From positions 13,885-77,884 of the forward strand of contig JAHLKU010000004.1 in NCBI GenBank assembly GCA_020444505.1: DNA of 64,000 nucleotides, given 5' to 3'. The notes below the pieces were generated by a model. The model did no database searches and had not been told where the DNA came from. It saw only the letters and a program-made list of their open reading frames with translations. The DNA is from Actinomycetota bacterium (GTDB taxonomy: Bacteria; Actinomycetota; Acidimicrobiia; Spongiisociales; UBA11373). The stretch's first letter is position 1, and each line of letters begins with the position of its first letter. Both the position numbers and the translations under genes were made by a program. Of the stretch, positions 22,235 to 32,375 are shown in pieces.

Positions 22235-22906
22235 TCAGCCTCGGTGCTCCTCGGACGGGCCAAAGATAGCCCGTCCGACCCGCAACAGCGTGGCACCTTC
22301 GGCCACCGCCACCTCGTAGTCGTCGGTCATCCCCATCGACAGCTCCTCCAGACCCGGATGGCGGACCGCGAGGCGGTCGCGCAACGCCGCCAGCGCCCGG
22401 AAGTGCGGACGGGCGGCCTCGGGGTCGGCGGTGAACGGCGGGATGGTCATCAGCCCCCTCACCTCGAGGCCCCGTGCGACGGCCACATCCACCAGCGCGG
22501 CGGCGCCGTCCGGAGGAGGCCCCGCCTTGGCGGGGTCGCCGCTCACGTTCACCTGCACCAGCACCGGCGGCGGGGCGCCCTCGCCTCTCGCCCAGTACCC
22601 GGCCAGCGAGGGGCGGTCCAGCGAGTGCAGCAGGGCCGCCGCCGGCCGGGCGAGCCGCACCTTGTTGCCCTGCAGCCGCCCGATCATGTGCCAGCGGGCC
22701 TCGGGGAACCTGGCGGCGCACTCCGCCAGCCGGTCGGCGCGGTTCTCCCCGAAGTCGCGGTGGCCGGCGGCCATCGCCGCCTCGATGGCAGCGAACGACG
22801 CCGTCTTGGTGACGGCGACCAGGGTCGGCTCGTCGCTGCGCCCGGCGCGCCCCGTCGCCGCGGCGATCCGCTCCCGCACTCCCTCGAGGCCGATCACGGC
22901 AGCCAT
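22235..22906 (-). CDS. yggS: YggS family pyridoxal-phosphate homeostasis protein
   Basis: Alr N-terminal-like fold motifs (VAVTKTASFAAIEAAMAAGHRDFGENR; HMIGRLQGNK). Confidence 0.8.
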   Translation of the reverse strand: MAAVIGLEGVRERIAAATGRAGRSDEPTLVAVTKTASFAAIEAAMAAGHRDFGENRADRLAECAARFPEARWHMIGRLQGNKVRLARPAAALLHSLDRPSLAGYWARGEGAPPPVLVQVNVSGDPAKAGPPPDGAAALVDVAVARGLEVRGLMTIPPFTADPEAARPHFRALAALRDRLAVRHPGLEELSMGMTDDYEVAVAEGATLLRVGRAIFGPSEEHRG

Positions 22907-23517
22907 GCCACCCCGATCTGGCGCAGGTCGGTGCCGTCCCGCCGATACGAGTGGTACCCGGCCCCGCACATGGTGCACTCCCCCGCCTCCCACACCTCCA
23001 GGCCGCCCAACTGGCTGCGAAGCACCGCAGGCAGGTCGACTCCGGTGGTCCCCGCCGCGGTGGCCGCGGTGTGGCCGGGGAATCGCTCGGCCACCTCGGG
23101 CCCCACCTCGAAGCAGCACGGGCCGATGCCCGGCCCGATCGCGGCGCGGACCGGCGCGGCGCCCGCCGCCGCCATCGCCTCCCGGAGCGCCGGCACCACC
23201 CCTGCGACCGCTCCCCTCCACCCGGCGTGGGCGATCCCGGCCGCGCCGGGCCCCTCGAGCACCACGGGGAAGCAGTCGGCGGTCGCCACGGCCATGGGGA
23301 GGCCGGGCCGACGGGTGCGGAGCGCATCGGCGTCGCCCAGCCGCCCCGGCGCGGTGGCCTCCACGACCCCGGAGCCGTGGACCTGGCGGACGTAGGCCCA
23401 GTCGCTCGGGATGCCCAGCGACGACGACACCGCCTCCCGGGCGGCGGGGTCGTCCCGGCCGTTGCCGTCGGCGGCGGTCCCGAAGGCGGCCCCGGCGAAC
23501 CCGGGCGGGCGGATCAT
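22894..23517 (-). CDS. pgeF: YfiH/PgeF (DUF152) purine nucleoside phosphorylase / peptidoglycan editing factor
   Basis: DUF152 motifs (TADCFPVV, IAHAGWRG, GPCCFEVG). ATG overlaps the ftsZ stop (ATGA). Confidence 0.8.
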   Translation of the reverse strand: MIRPPGFAGAAFGTAADGNGRDDPAAREAVSSSLGIPSDWAYVRQVHGSGVVEATAPGRLGDADALRTRRPGLPMAVATADCFPVVLEGPGAAGIAHAGWRGAVAGVVPALREAMAAAGAAPVRAAIGPGIGPCCFEVGPEVAERFPGHTAATAAGTTGVDLPAVLRSQLGGLEVWEAGECTMCGAGYHSYRRDGTDLRQIGVAWLP

Positions 23518-24599
23518 CCCTGCAGGAAGTCGGGGATCTCCAGGTCGTCGACGCCGCCCTCGTCGCCGTCGTCCTGCGCCCCCGGTGCCGGCGCCTGGCC
23601 GGCGTGGCCGGTGTCGGTGGTGCGGCGGGCGGTCGGCGGGCGGAGCGACGGGCGCCCCTGCTGCTGGAACCCGGCGGCGATGACGGTCACCCGCATCTCC
23701 TCGCCCATGGCGTCGTCGACGAAGGCGCCGAAGATCACGTTGGCATCGGGCTCGCAGTAGGCGGCGACCGCCATGGCGGCCTCGTTGACCTCGTGCAGCG
23801 TCATCGACGAGGGTCCCGAGATGGAGAGCAGCACCCCGGCGGCGCCCTCCATGGAGATCTCGAGCATGGGGCTGGAGATCGCCTTCTCGGCCGCCTGCTG
23901 GGAGCGCTGCTCGCCCGTGGCGCGGCCGATGCCCATGACGGCGGTGCCGGCGCCCTCCATGATCGACTTCACGTCGGCGAAGTCCACGTTGATGAGCCCG
24001 GGGGTGGTGATGAGGTCGGTGATGCCGCCCACCCCGTGGAGCAGCACCTCGTCGGCCATGCGGAAGGCGTCGATCATCGATACGCCCGAGTCCGAGAGCT
24101 CCAGCAGGCGCTGGTTGGGGATGACGATGAGGGTGTCGACCTCGTCGCGCAGCGCCTGGATCCCGGTCTCGGCCTGCACCGAGCGCCGGCGCCCCTCGAA
24201 GCCGAACGGCCGGGTGACCACCGCCACGGTCAGCGCGCCCACCCGCCGGGCGATGTTGGCGACGATCGGGGCGCCGCCGGTGCCGGTGCCGCCGCCCTCG
24301 CCGGCGGTGATGAAGACCATGTCGGCCCCGCGCAGGGCGTCCTCGATCTCGTCCTGGTGGGCCAGGGCCGCCTCGCGCCCGACGTCGGGGTCGGCCCCGG
24401 CGCCCAGGCCGCGGGTGAGGTCGCGGCCGATGTCGAGTTTCAGGTCGGCGTCGGACATCAGGAGCGCCTGGGCGTCGGTGTTCACGGCCACGAACTCCAC
24501 CCCGCGCAACCCGGCTTCGATCATGCGATTGACGGCGTTGACGCCGCCCCCGCCGATGCCGACCACCTTGATCACCGCCAGGTAGCTCTGCGGGTTCAT
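23514..24599 (-). CDS. ftsZ: cell division GTPase FtsZ
   Basis: GIGGGGVNAVNRM, GGGTGTGGAPIVA tubulin signature, T7 loop NVDFADV. Start at MNPQSYLAVIKVVG (track ORF N-terminal extension discarded). Confidence 0.95.
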   Translation of the reverse strand: MNPQSYLAVIKVVGIGGGGVNAVNRMIEAGLRGVEFVAVNTDAQALLMSDADLKLDIGRDLTRGLGAGADPDVGREAALAHQDEIEDALRGADMVFITAGEGGGTGTGGAPIVANIARRVGALTVAVVTRPFGFEGRRRSVQAETGIQALRDEVDTLIVIPNQRLLELSDSGVSMIDAFRMADEVLLHGVGGITDLITTPGLINVDFADVKSIMEGAGTAVMGIGRATGEQRSQQAAEKAISSPMLEISMEGAAGVLLSISGPSSMTLHEVNEAAMAVAAYCEPDANVIFGAFVDDAMGEEMRVTVIAAGFQQQGRPSLRPPTARRTTDTGHAGQAPAPGAQDDGDEGGVDDLEIPDFLQG

Positions 24600-24720
24600 G
24601 GATTGGGTTGTCACGGGCGTACCTCCCCGGCACGAACCCGCACCTGTGGCGGGCTCACCCGGGCGCGTCGTGACGACGAGCCGCGGGCCTCGACCCGGAG
24701 TGTAGTGGTGCGCCGCAGGG

Positions 24721-25542
24721 TCACGCCCCGTCTCCCTCACCCTCTACGGCAGGTGCAGCATCCCCCTCCCCCGAACCTTCGACCCCGGCTTGCAGCGCCT
24801 CGATCGGGGTCGGGGGGACGACGGCAGGCCGCCGCGGCGCCACCACGTCCAGCGTGGACCCGGGAGGAAGGCCGTCGGCCAGCATCACCTCTGCCACGAG
24901 CGCCTTGTCGGCCAGGTCGATGGGATGGCCGAGCCGGACCCTGTGGCCCGGTGTCTCCAGCCACCACTCTCCGCCCTCGGCGACCACGGTGCTGGAGGCG
25001 GCCAGCGATCGGGAGAGGGCGCCGGTCATGGCCACCAGTTCCCGCCACGCGGCGCTCCCCGGGCTGGCCCCCGCCGGGAAGCTGGCGAGGCCCACCGATG
25101 CGGTGAGCACGCCGGTGCCCGGGGTGTCGGCCACGGTGAGCACCACGCCGTCCCCGGCCACGAGCATCCAGCCCGTGGTGCCCTCCACCCACAGCGCCGG
25201 GGTGCGCTCCACCACTTCGATCACCAGCCGGTCGGGCCATTCCCGGCTGACCCGGACCGACGCCGCCCATGGGTCGGCGGCCACGGCCTCCTCGGCGGAC
25301 CCGGTGTCGAGCCACACCATGATCGCCCCGATGCCGATGCCGGCATCCTCGAGGCGCCCCGCCACGTCCACCTGCTCGGCACCGGCGATCTCGATCTCCT
25401 TCACCGACAACCACGGCGAGTGGAGGACCACGCCGCCGGCGAGCAGCACCAGGAGCACGCCCACCGCCACCCAGGCAGCCCAGTTGCGCCGCACCGGCGC
25501 CAGGGGCCGGCGGGTGGTGACGTCGGTGAGGCGGGCGCTCAC
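24721..25542 (-). CDS. ftsQ: cell division protein FtsQ/DivIB
   Basis: N-terminal TM helix followed by POTRA-like and FtsQ-type domain; positioned between murB and ftsZ. Confidence 0.7.
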   Translation of the reverse strand: MSARLTDVTTRRPLAPVRRNWAAWVAVGVLLVLLAGGVVLHSPWLSVKEIEIAGAEQVDVAGRLEDAGIGIGAIMVWLDTGSAEEAVAADPWAASVRVSREWPDRLVIEVVERTPALWVEGTTGWMLVAGDGVVLTVADTPGTGVLTASVGLASFPAGASPGSAAWRELVAMTGALSRSLAASSTVVAEGGEWWLETPGHRVRLGHPIDLADKALVAEVMLADGLPPGSTLDVVAPRRPAVVPPTPIEALQAGVEGSGEGDAAPAVEGEGDGA

Positions 25543-26450
25543 CGGGAGCCCCCGAAGTCGCCGACGAAACGGAGCTCGGGCTCGAGGTCGATGCCGGCGG
25601 CATCACGCACCCGGCGCCGCACCAGGGCCACCAGGTCGTGCACGTCCTGGGCGCTGGTGCCCCGGTCGGCCTCGAAGAAGTTGGCGTGCCTCTCGGACAC
25701 GGAGGCGCCGCCCACCCGCAGCCCCTTGAGGCCGAGCTCGTCGATGATGCGCCCGGCGTGGTCGCCCTCCGGGTTCTTGAACACGCTCCCGGCGTTCAGG
25801 GTGCCTCCGGGCTGGTGGTCCTTGCGCCACCGCGTGATCTCCCGCAGCCGCTCCCGGCACTCCGCCTCCGGGCGCTCGACCGTCCGGAACCGCCCCGACA
25901 CCACCACCTCCGCCGGCCCGAGTTCGGAGTGCCGGTACCGGAGGCCGAGGTCGCCGGGGGTGCGGTCGCTCGCCGTTGCGGTGCCCAGGTCCACCACCCG
26001 GGCGGTGAGCAGCCAGTCGGCGGTCTCCGAGCCGAAGCACCCGGCGTTCATCCGCACCGCTCCGCCCACCGAGCCGGGGATGCCCACCATGAACTCGAGC
26101 CCGCCGCGGCCCGCGGCGGCGGTCGCCCGGGCCAACGCCGGTTGAGGGAGCGCCGCCCCGGCGGCCGCGATCCCGCCGTCCTGCAGGTCGAGCCCCGCCA
26201 TGCCCCGTCCGAGGTGGACGACCACCCCCTCGAACCCGCCGTCGGCCACCACGACGTTGCTTCCCCTCCCCAGCACCAGCACCGGAGCCGGGTCCTCCCG
26301 CAGCGCCGCTGCCAGGTCTGCCAGGTCCTCTTCGCGGTCGGCCTCCATGAACCAGCGCGCCGCACCGCCCACCTTGTAGGTGGTCATGGGTGCGAGTTCC
26401 ACCCGCTCGCTCAGGCGGCCCGCCTCGGCGAGCGCGGCCAGGGCACTCAC
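25539..26450 (-). CDS. murB: UDP-N-acetylenolpyruvoylglucosamine reductase
   Basis: FAD-binding PCMH domain (MTTYKVGG, VLGRGSNVVV), MurB C-terminal motifs (AGSVFKNP). GTG start overlaps the murC stop. Confidence 0.85.
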   Translation of the reverse strand: MSALAALAEAGRLSERVELAPMTTYKVGGAARWFMEADREEDLADLAAALREDPAPVLVLGRGSNVVVADGGFEGVVVHLGRGMAGLDLQDGGIAAAGAALPQPALARATAAAGRGGLEFMVGIPGSVGGAVRMNAGCFGSETADWLLTARVVDLGTATASDRTPGDLGLRYRHSELGPAEVVVSGRFRTVERPEAECRERLREITRWRKDHQPGGTLNAGSVFKNPEGDHAGRIIDELGLKGLRVGGASVSERHANFFEADRGTSAQDVHDLVALVRRRVRDAAGIDLEPELRFVGDFGGSR

Positions 26451-27814
26451 CCCGCCACTCCCAGCAGGGCCCCGACCTCGTCGGCCACCAGCGTGATGTC
26501 GCCGGCCCCCAGCATCAACACCACGTCGCCCGGTGCGGCGACGGCCGCCACCCGGCCCGCCAGATCGGCCCGGCGCGGCACGTAGGACACCTCCGCCCCG
26601 GCGAGTGCCGCGGCGTCGGCGACGAGCCTGCCGGTGACGCCGGGGATGGGCGGCTCACCGGCGGCGTACACGTCGGAGACGATCACCACGTCGGCGCCGG
26701 CGAGGGCGGGGCCGAACTCCTCGGCCAGTTCCCGGGTCCTGGTGTAGCGATGCGGCTGGAACACGGCCACCACCCGGGACGGGCCGCCGTCGCGGGCCGC
26801 GGCGATCGTGGCCGCCACCTCGGTGGGGTGGTGGGCGTAGTCGTCCACCACGGTGATGCCGCTGGCCCTGGCCTTGACCTCGAACCGCCGCCGGACGCCA
26901 CCGAACCCGGCGAGGCCGGCCGCCGCCGCAGCGAGGTCCACCCCGAACTCCCCCAGCAGCGCGAGCAGGCCGGCTGCGTTGCGGGCCACGTGGACCCCTG
27001 GGCGGGGCACGGTCACCGGGGTGGACACCGCCCCTTGCGCCAGCCGGAAGGACACGGAGGTGCCGAGGTGGCGGAGATCCTCGATCCGCCAGGCCGCCTC
27101 GTCGGAGAACCCGTACCCGACCACGCCGGGCACCGCTGCGGCGACCCGGGCCGCGCCGGGGTCGTCGAGGCAGGCGACCACCGGACCGTCGACGCCGGCG
27201 GCCACGTCCACGAACGCCCGTTCCAGCCGCTCCACGGTGCCGTAGTGATCGAGGTGGTCGGCCTCCACGTTCGTCACCACGAGGCCGCGCAGCGAGAGAT
27301 CGCAGAACGTGCCGAACGCCTCGTCGGCCTCGAGCAGGAACAGCCCCGGCTCGCCGAGGTGGGCGTTGGTGTTCAACTGCACCATCTCGCCCCCGACCAG
27401 GAACGACGGATCCCGTCCCAGCGCCCGCGCCGCGGCCACCAGCATCGCCGTGGTGGTGGTCTTGCCGTGGGTGCCTGCGACGCCCACCGCCGGCATCCTG
27501 GCGGTGATCTCGGCCAGCAGGGCGGGCCGCTCCCACACCTCCACGCCGGCATCCCGGGCCGCCGCCAGCTCGGGGTCGGCGGCCGGGACCGCCGAGGAGG
27601 CCACGACCAGGTCCCACTCCCCCGCCCGCTCGGGCCGGTGGCCCACCCAGGTCTCCACCCCGGTGCGGGGCAGCACGGTCACAGCACGGCCCGGCTTCAG
27701 GTCGGAGCCGGTGACGGTGTGCCCTGCCTGGGCGAGCAGCTTGGCGAGGCCGCTCATGCCGGCGCCGCCCACCCCCACCAGGTGGATCCGCTCGTGGGCG
27801 ACGAGGTCACCCAT
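26447..27814 (-). CDS. murC: UDP-N-acetylmuramate--L-alanine ligase
   Basis: IHLVGVGGAGMSGLA, GTHGKTTTTAM Mur ligase motifs. Confidence 0.9.
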   Translation of the reverse strand: MGDLVAHERIHLVGVGGAGMSGLAKLLAQAGHTVTGSDLKPGRAVTVLPRTGVETWVGHRPERAGEWDLVVASSAVPAADPELAAARDAGVEVWERPALLAEITARMPAVGVAGTHGKTTTTAMLVAAARALGRDPSFLVGGEMVQLNTNAHLGEPGLFLLEADEAFGTFCDLSLRGLVVTNVEADHLDHYGTVERLERAFVDVAAGVDGPVVACLDDPGAARVAAAVPGVVGYGFSDEAAWRIEDLRHLGTSVSFRLAQGAVSTPVTVPRPGVHVARNAAGLLALLGEFGVDLAAAAAGLAGFGGVRRRFEVKARASGITVVDDYAHHPTEVAATIAAARDGGPSRVVAVFQPHRYTRTRELAEEFGPALAGADVVIVSDVYAAGEPPIPGVTGRLVADAAALAGAEVSYVPRRADLAGRVAAVAAPGDVVLMLGAGDITLVADEVGALLGVAG

Positions 27815-28886
27815 CGGCGGCCTCCAGCATCGCCCCGGCGACCATCGATGCGGCATGCGGCAGGGCGGCGGCCGCCGAGGCCGCGCGCATCCGCTCCAGG
27901 CGCCGGGTGTCGGCGGCGAGGCCGGCCACCACGTCCGGGAGGGAGGCCGCGTCGTCCTGGCGCACCACCAGCGCCCCTCCCGCGGCGGCGAGGGCGGCGG
28001 CGTTCGCCTGCTGTCCCACCGCCTCCAGGGGCACCACGACGGCGGCCGAGCCGGTGGCGGCCAGTTCGGAGATCGTCATGGCCCCGGCGCGGCACACGAC
28101 CAGGTCGGCGGCGGCGTAGAAATGCTCCATGGCATCCTCGAATGCGACGCACCGCCACGGTAGCGGCGAGCCCACGGCACGCCGTGCCACCTCGTCGTGG
28201 GCGGCGCGGCCCGTCAGGTGCACGATCTCGCAGCGCCGTCCGGCGAGGGCGCGGGCGATGCCGGGCACGGCGTCGTTGAGCACCTTCGCCCCCAGGCTGC
28301 CTCCCAGGACGCCGATCACCGTCGCCCGGGGATCGACCCCGTAGCGGGCGAGCGCCGCGCTGCGCCGGGCGCTGCGGTCGTAGGTCTCGAACACCTCCCG
28401 CAGCGGGTTCCCCACCACCCGGCTGCGGGCGAGCCGCTCCGCCGGCCCGGGGAGCCCCAGGAAGGTCGCCCGCGCCCGGCGCGCCGCGTAGCGGGCGGCG
28501 AGGCCGGGGGCGGCGTTCTGCTCCTGGACGAACATCGGCAGGCCGAGGCGGGCGGCGGCGCGGGCGGCGGGGACGGTGGCGTAGCCGCTGGTCCCCAGCA
28601 CGACCCGGGTGCCGCGGTGCCGCATCTCGGCGGTCATGGCCGCAGTCACCCTCGAGAGCCGCCACGGGATGGCCAGATTCGACGGGGTCGGGGCGCGTCG
28701 CAGGCGGGGCATGGCGAACGGCACGAACTCGAAGCCGGCTGCGGGGACGGCGGACGCCTCCATGCGGTCTCCCCCCAGGAACACGATCGCCTCCCGGGGC
28801 ACCCCGAGTGCCGTCAACGCACGCGCCACGGCCAGCGCCGGGTAGACGTGGCCGGCGGTGCCGGCGGCGGCCAGCGCGAACGTCAC
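27807..28886 (-). CDS. murG: undecaprenyldiphospho-muramoylpentapeptide beta-N-acetylglucosaminyltransferase
   Basis: GGTAGHVYPALAVA N-terminus and GT28 C-terminal domain. GTG start overlapping the ftsW stop (GTGA). Confidence 0.85.
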   Translation of the reverse strand: MTFALAAAGTAGHVYPALAVARALTALGVPREAIVFLGGDRMEASAVPAAGFEFVPFAMPRLRRAPTPSNLAIPWRLSRVTAAMTAEMRHRGTRVVLGTSGYATVPAARAAARLGLPMFVQEQNAAPGLAARYAARRARATFLGLPGPAERLARSRVVGNPLREVFETYDRSARRSAALARYGVDPRATVIGVLGGSLGAKVLNDAVPGIARALAGRRCEIVHLTGRAAHDEVARRAVGSPLPWRCVAFEDAMEHFYAAADLVVCRAGAMTISELAATGSAAVVVPLEAVGQQANAAALAAAGGALVVRQDDAASLPDVVAGLAADTRRLERMRAASAAAALPHAASMVAGAMLEAADG

Positions 28887-30052
28887 GGTCGGCCGCCCGC
28901 CGCGGAGTCCCTGGCGATGCTGATCAGGATGCCGACGGCGGCCATCTCGGTGAGCAGGGCGCTCCCGCCGATGGACACGAACGGCAGCGGGACGCCGGTG
29001 ATCGGCAGCACGCCGGTGACCCCGCCGATGTTCACGAGCGCCTGGGCGACGAGCCAGGTGGTGATGCCGATGGCCGCCAGCCTCCCGAAACGGTCCCTGG
29101 CCCGGAAGGCGATCAGCGTCCCGGCCACCGTCAGCGCCACGAACAGCAGCACCACCATCAGCGAGCCCGCCAGCCCGGTCTCCTCGCCGATGATGGAGAA
29201 GATGAAGTCGGTGTGGGCGTTGGGGAGGAACGACCAGCGCGCCCGGCTCGCCCCGAGGCCGACGCCCCACAGCCCCCCGGTGCCCAGCGCCACCAGGCTC
29301 TGCACCACCTGGTAGCCGCCGCCGAGCGGATCGGACCCGGCGTCCAGGAACGCCGTCACCCGCGCCCAGCGGTAGGGGGACGCCAGCGCGGTGACGACGG
29401 CCGCCCCGGTGCCGAACATGGCGCCGCCCAGGATGTAGCGGAACGGTGCGGCCGAGGCCAGCAGGATGGCGAACGACCCGAAGGCCACCATCAGCGCCGT
29501 GCCCAGGTCGGGCTGCAGCACCACCAGCACCCCGACCAGGCCCACCGAGACGGCCACCGGCCACATGAAGTCCCTGAGCCGGTGCATGGAGGTCTCCTTG
29601 CGGCTCACCAGGGTGGCGAGGAACAGGATGGTGGTCAGCTTGGCGACCTCGGAGGCCTGGATGGTCACCGGCCCTGCGACCAGCCACCGGGTGGCGCCGT
29701 ACGCCCGGGTGCCGATCACGAGCGTGGCGACCAGCAGCACGACCGACCCCACGAACATCGGGAAGGCGAGCCGGCGCAGCACCCGCGGCGGCGTCGCCGA
29801 TGCGGCGACCAGCGCCACCAGGCCGACCCCCATCCACACCGCCTGGCGCTTGAAGTAGTACAGGTTGCCGACCCCCTCGCGGATGGCCAGCACCGACGAC
29901 GCCGAGAGGATCGCCCCCAGGCCGATGACGGCCAGGAGCGCGACGGGAATCAGCAGCAGCACGATCATCCGTGCCGGCCGGCGGTCCGGCACCTCGAGGC
30001 GCCGCCGCACCGCATTGGCTGCGGCGGGCACGGCGGCGGTGCGGGTGGCCAT
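28883..30052 (-). CDS. ftsW: peptidoglycan glycosyltransferase FtsW (SEDS family)
   Basis: 10-TM SEDS protein (PNAHTDFIFSIIGEE, LPFVSIGGSALL). ATG shares one nt with the murD stop. Confidence 0.85.
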   Translation of the reverse strand: MATRTAAVPAAANAVRRRLEVPDRRPARMIVLLLIPVALLAVIGLGAILSASSVLAIREGVGNLYYFKRQAVWMGVGLVALVAASATPPRVLRRLAFPMFVGSVVLLVATLVIGTRAYGATRWLVAGPVTIQASEVAKLTTILFLATLVSRKETSMHRLRDFMWPVAVSVGLVGVLVVLQPDLGTALMVAFGSFAILLASAAPFRYILGGAMFGTGAAVVTALASPYRWARVTAFLDAGSDPLGGGYQVVQSLVALGTGGLWGVGLGASRARWSFLPNAHTDFIFSIIGEETGLAGSLMVVLLFVALTVAGTLIAFRARDRFGRLAAIGITTWLVAQALVNIGGVTGVLPITGVPLPFVSIGGSALLTEMAAVGILISIARDSAAGGRP

Positions 30053-31332
30053 CAGGAGCCCTTCCTCTCCCGGACCAGCGCGGCGAAGTGGTCGCCTCGC
30101 TCTCCGTAGGACCCGTACATGTCGAACGAGGCGCACCCCGGCGCGAGCAGCACCGTGTCGCCGGGCCGGGCGATGTGGTCGGCTGCCTCCACCGCCTCCT
30201 CCATGCCAGCGGCGGCCGTGCCCTCGGGCGCCGCCGCCAGGATCGCCGGACCCTCCTCTCCGATCGCGATCACGTGGCGCACCGACGGCTCCCGGGCGAT
30301 CGGCGCGACGTCCAGTCCCTTGTTGCGGCCGCCGGCGATGAGCACCACCGACGGGTAGGCGCGCACCGCCGCCAGGGCAGCGTGCGGGTTGGTGGCCTTC
30401 GAGTCGTCCACCCACGTCACGCCCTCCCAGGCCCCCACCACCTCGCGGCGGTGGCGCCCGGTGGCGAACGAGGCGGCGGCGCCGGCGATGCCCTCGGGGG
30501 TGGCGCCCAGGTGGAGCGCGGCCAGGCCGGAGGCGGCCAGGTCGGCCAGGAAGGAGGGGTCGGTGGTGGACAGGGCCTCGAGCGGCACGCCGACGTCGCC
30601 GATCCACAACGCCCCATCGGCGGGCCCTCCCCCGGCGGCGCGGCGGCGGCCGCTGACCGGCACCACCGTCGACGCAGCGCCCGCCACTGCGGCGGACGCA
30701 CCGGCGTCGTCCTCGTCGAACACCAGCAGGTCGCCCGGGCCCTGGTTCTCGAAGATGCGCGCCTTGGCATCGCGGTAGGCCTCGAACGACCCGTGCCAGT
30801 CGAGGTGGTCGGGCGCCACGTTCAGCAGCACGGCGGCGCGGGGGTGGAAGGCGTCGATGAACCGCAACTGGAAGCTGGACGCCTCCACCACGAGCGCGTC
30901 CCAGTGCTCCCCGACGGCGTCGCACATCGCCGCCCCGATGTTGCCGACGGCCGCCGCCCGGACGCCGGAGGCGACCAGCATGTCCGCGGCCGCCTGGGTC
31001 ACGGTGGTCTTGCCGTTGGTCGCGGTCACGGCGGCGAACGGTGCGTCGATGCGGGAGGCGGCCAGTTCCAGTTCGCTCACCACCCGGAGCCCCGCCGCCA
31101 GCGCGTCGCGGATCGGCGGGGCGTGCTCGGGGATCCCGGGGCTCGGCACCACGAGATCGACGCCGTCGAGCAGCGCCGGGTCCCAGGCGCCGGCGGCGGC
31201 GGTGCGCCCGCCGCCCAGACCGGCCACCCGCTCCGGGTCGGCGTCGTACACCACCACGTCGTGCCCCTCGGCCTCCAGCAGGCGGAGTGCGGCCCGCCCG
31301 CTCACGGCTGCGCCGAGCACCAGCACCCTCAT
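30052..31332 (-). CDS. murD: UDP-N-acetylmuramoylalanine--D-glutamate ligase
   Basis: VLVLGAAVSGRAA, TATNGKTTVT Mur ligase motifs. Confidence 0.85.
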   Translation of the reverse strand: MRVLVLGAAVSGRAALRLLEAEGHDVVVYDADPERVAGLGGGRTAAAGAWDPALLDGVDLVVPSPGIPEHAPPIRDALAAGLRVVSELELAASRIDAPFAAVTATNGKTTVTQAAADMLVASGVRAAAVGNIGAAMCDAVGEHWDALVVEASSFQLRFIDAFHPRAAVLLNVAPDHLDWHGSFEAYRDAKARIFENQGPGDLLVFDEDDAGASAAVAGAASTVVPVSGRRRAAGGGPADGALWIGDVGVPLEALSTTDPSFLADLAASGLAALHLGATPEGIAGAAASFATGRHRREVVGAWEGVTWVDDSKATNPHAALAAVRAYPSVVLIAGGRNKGLDVAPIAREPSVRHVIAIGEEGPAILAAAPEGTAAAGMEEAVEAADHIARPGDTVLLAPGCASFDMYGSYGERGDHFAALVRERKGS

Positions 31333-32375
31333 CCGACACCGCCGTACGTGATGAAGTCGCCGTAGAAGAGGCCGAGGCCGAGGGCCACCGACAGGCCGGC
31401 GATGATCCAGAAGCGGACGACGATGGTGCCCTCCGGCCATCCCTTGATCTCGAAGTGGTGGTGGATGGGGGCCATCAGGAAGATCCGCTTGCCCCACCCC
31501 CGGAACGAGATGATCTGCAGGATCACCGACACCGTCTCCATCACGTAGAGGCCGCCCAGCACCACGAGCAGCAGGTGGGTGTTGGTGAGCAGGGCGAGCG
31601 CGGCCATCGCCCCGCCCAGCGCCTGGGAGCCGGTGTCGCCCATCATGATCTTGGCCGGCGCGGTGTTCCACCACAGGAACCCGGCGGCGGCCGCCATCAT
31701 CGCCGCGGCGAGGATCGCCATCTCCAGGTTGCCGACGATGCCGTAGAACTCGGGGTGGCGGTACTGCCAGAAGGCCACCACCACGAAGGCGCCGAACACC
31801 AGGGTCCCGGACCCGGCGGCCAGGCCGTCGAGGCCGTCGGTGAAGTTCACCGCGTTGGCCGCACCGGTCAGCAGCAGCAGCACCCACACCGCGTACAGCC
31901 AGCCGAGGTCGAAGCCGAGGCCGCGGGTGAAGGAGATCTCGGTGCTGACGCCGTAGTTGATCGCCCCCCAGGCGAACACGCCTGCGATGGTCACCTGGCC
32001 GAGGAACTTCCACCGCTTGCGGAGCCCCAGGTTGCGCTCCTTGGACACCTTGGAGAGGTCGTCGAGGAAGCCGATGCCGCCCATCCCCAGGAACGCCACC
32101 AGCACCAGCAGCCCGGGGATCTGGAACTCCCGCCAGGTGAAGTGCCAGCCGGTGTCGGCCGACCAGAGCCGCATGTGGGCCACGAGGAAGGCCAGCAGGA
32201 CGGCGAAGATGATCACCACGCCGCCCATGGTCGGCACGCCGTGCTTGTGGTCGTGCTCGACCTCCTCCTGGATGTACTGGCCGATCTCGCGGCGGCGGAA
32301 GTAGCGGATCGCCACCGGGGTGAGCAGCAGGGTGGTGAAGAAGGCGACGGCGGCCGAGGTGAGCATCGCGATCAT
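31329..32375 (-). CDS. mraY: phospho-N-acetylmuramoyl-pentapeptide transferase
   Basis: Canonical MraY motifs (NAVNFTDGLDGLAAG; MGDTGSQALG; PIHHHFE). Confidence 0.95.
   Translation of the reverse strand: MIAMLTSAAVAFFTTLLLTPVAIRYFRRREIGQYIQEEVEHDHKHGVPTMGGVVIIFAVLLAFLVAHMRLWSADTGWHFTWREFQIPGLLVLVAFLGMGGIGFLDDLSKVSKERNLGLRKRWKFLGQVTIAGVFAWGAINYGVSTEISFTRGLGFDLGWLYAVWVLLLLTGAANAVNFTDGLDGLAAGSGTLVFGAFVVVAFWQYRHPEFYGIVGNLEMAILAAAMMAAAAGFLWWNTAPAKIMMGDTGSQALGGAMAALALLTNTHLLLVVLGGLYVMETVSVILQIISFRGWGKRIFLMAPIHHHFEIKGWPEGTIVVRFWIIAGLSVALGLGLFYGDFITYGGVG

Noticed and set aside
22431-25106. 891-aa plus-strand ORF antisense to pgeF/ftsZ/ftsQ
   Set aside because: Antisense artefact over unmistakable FtsZ coding sequence.
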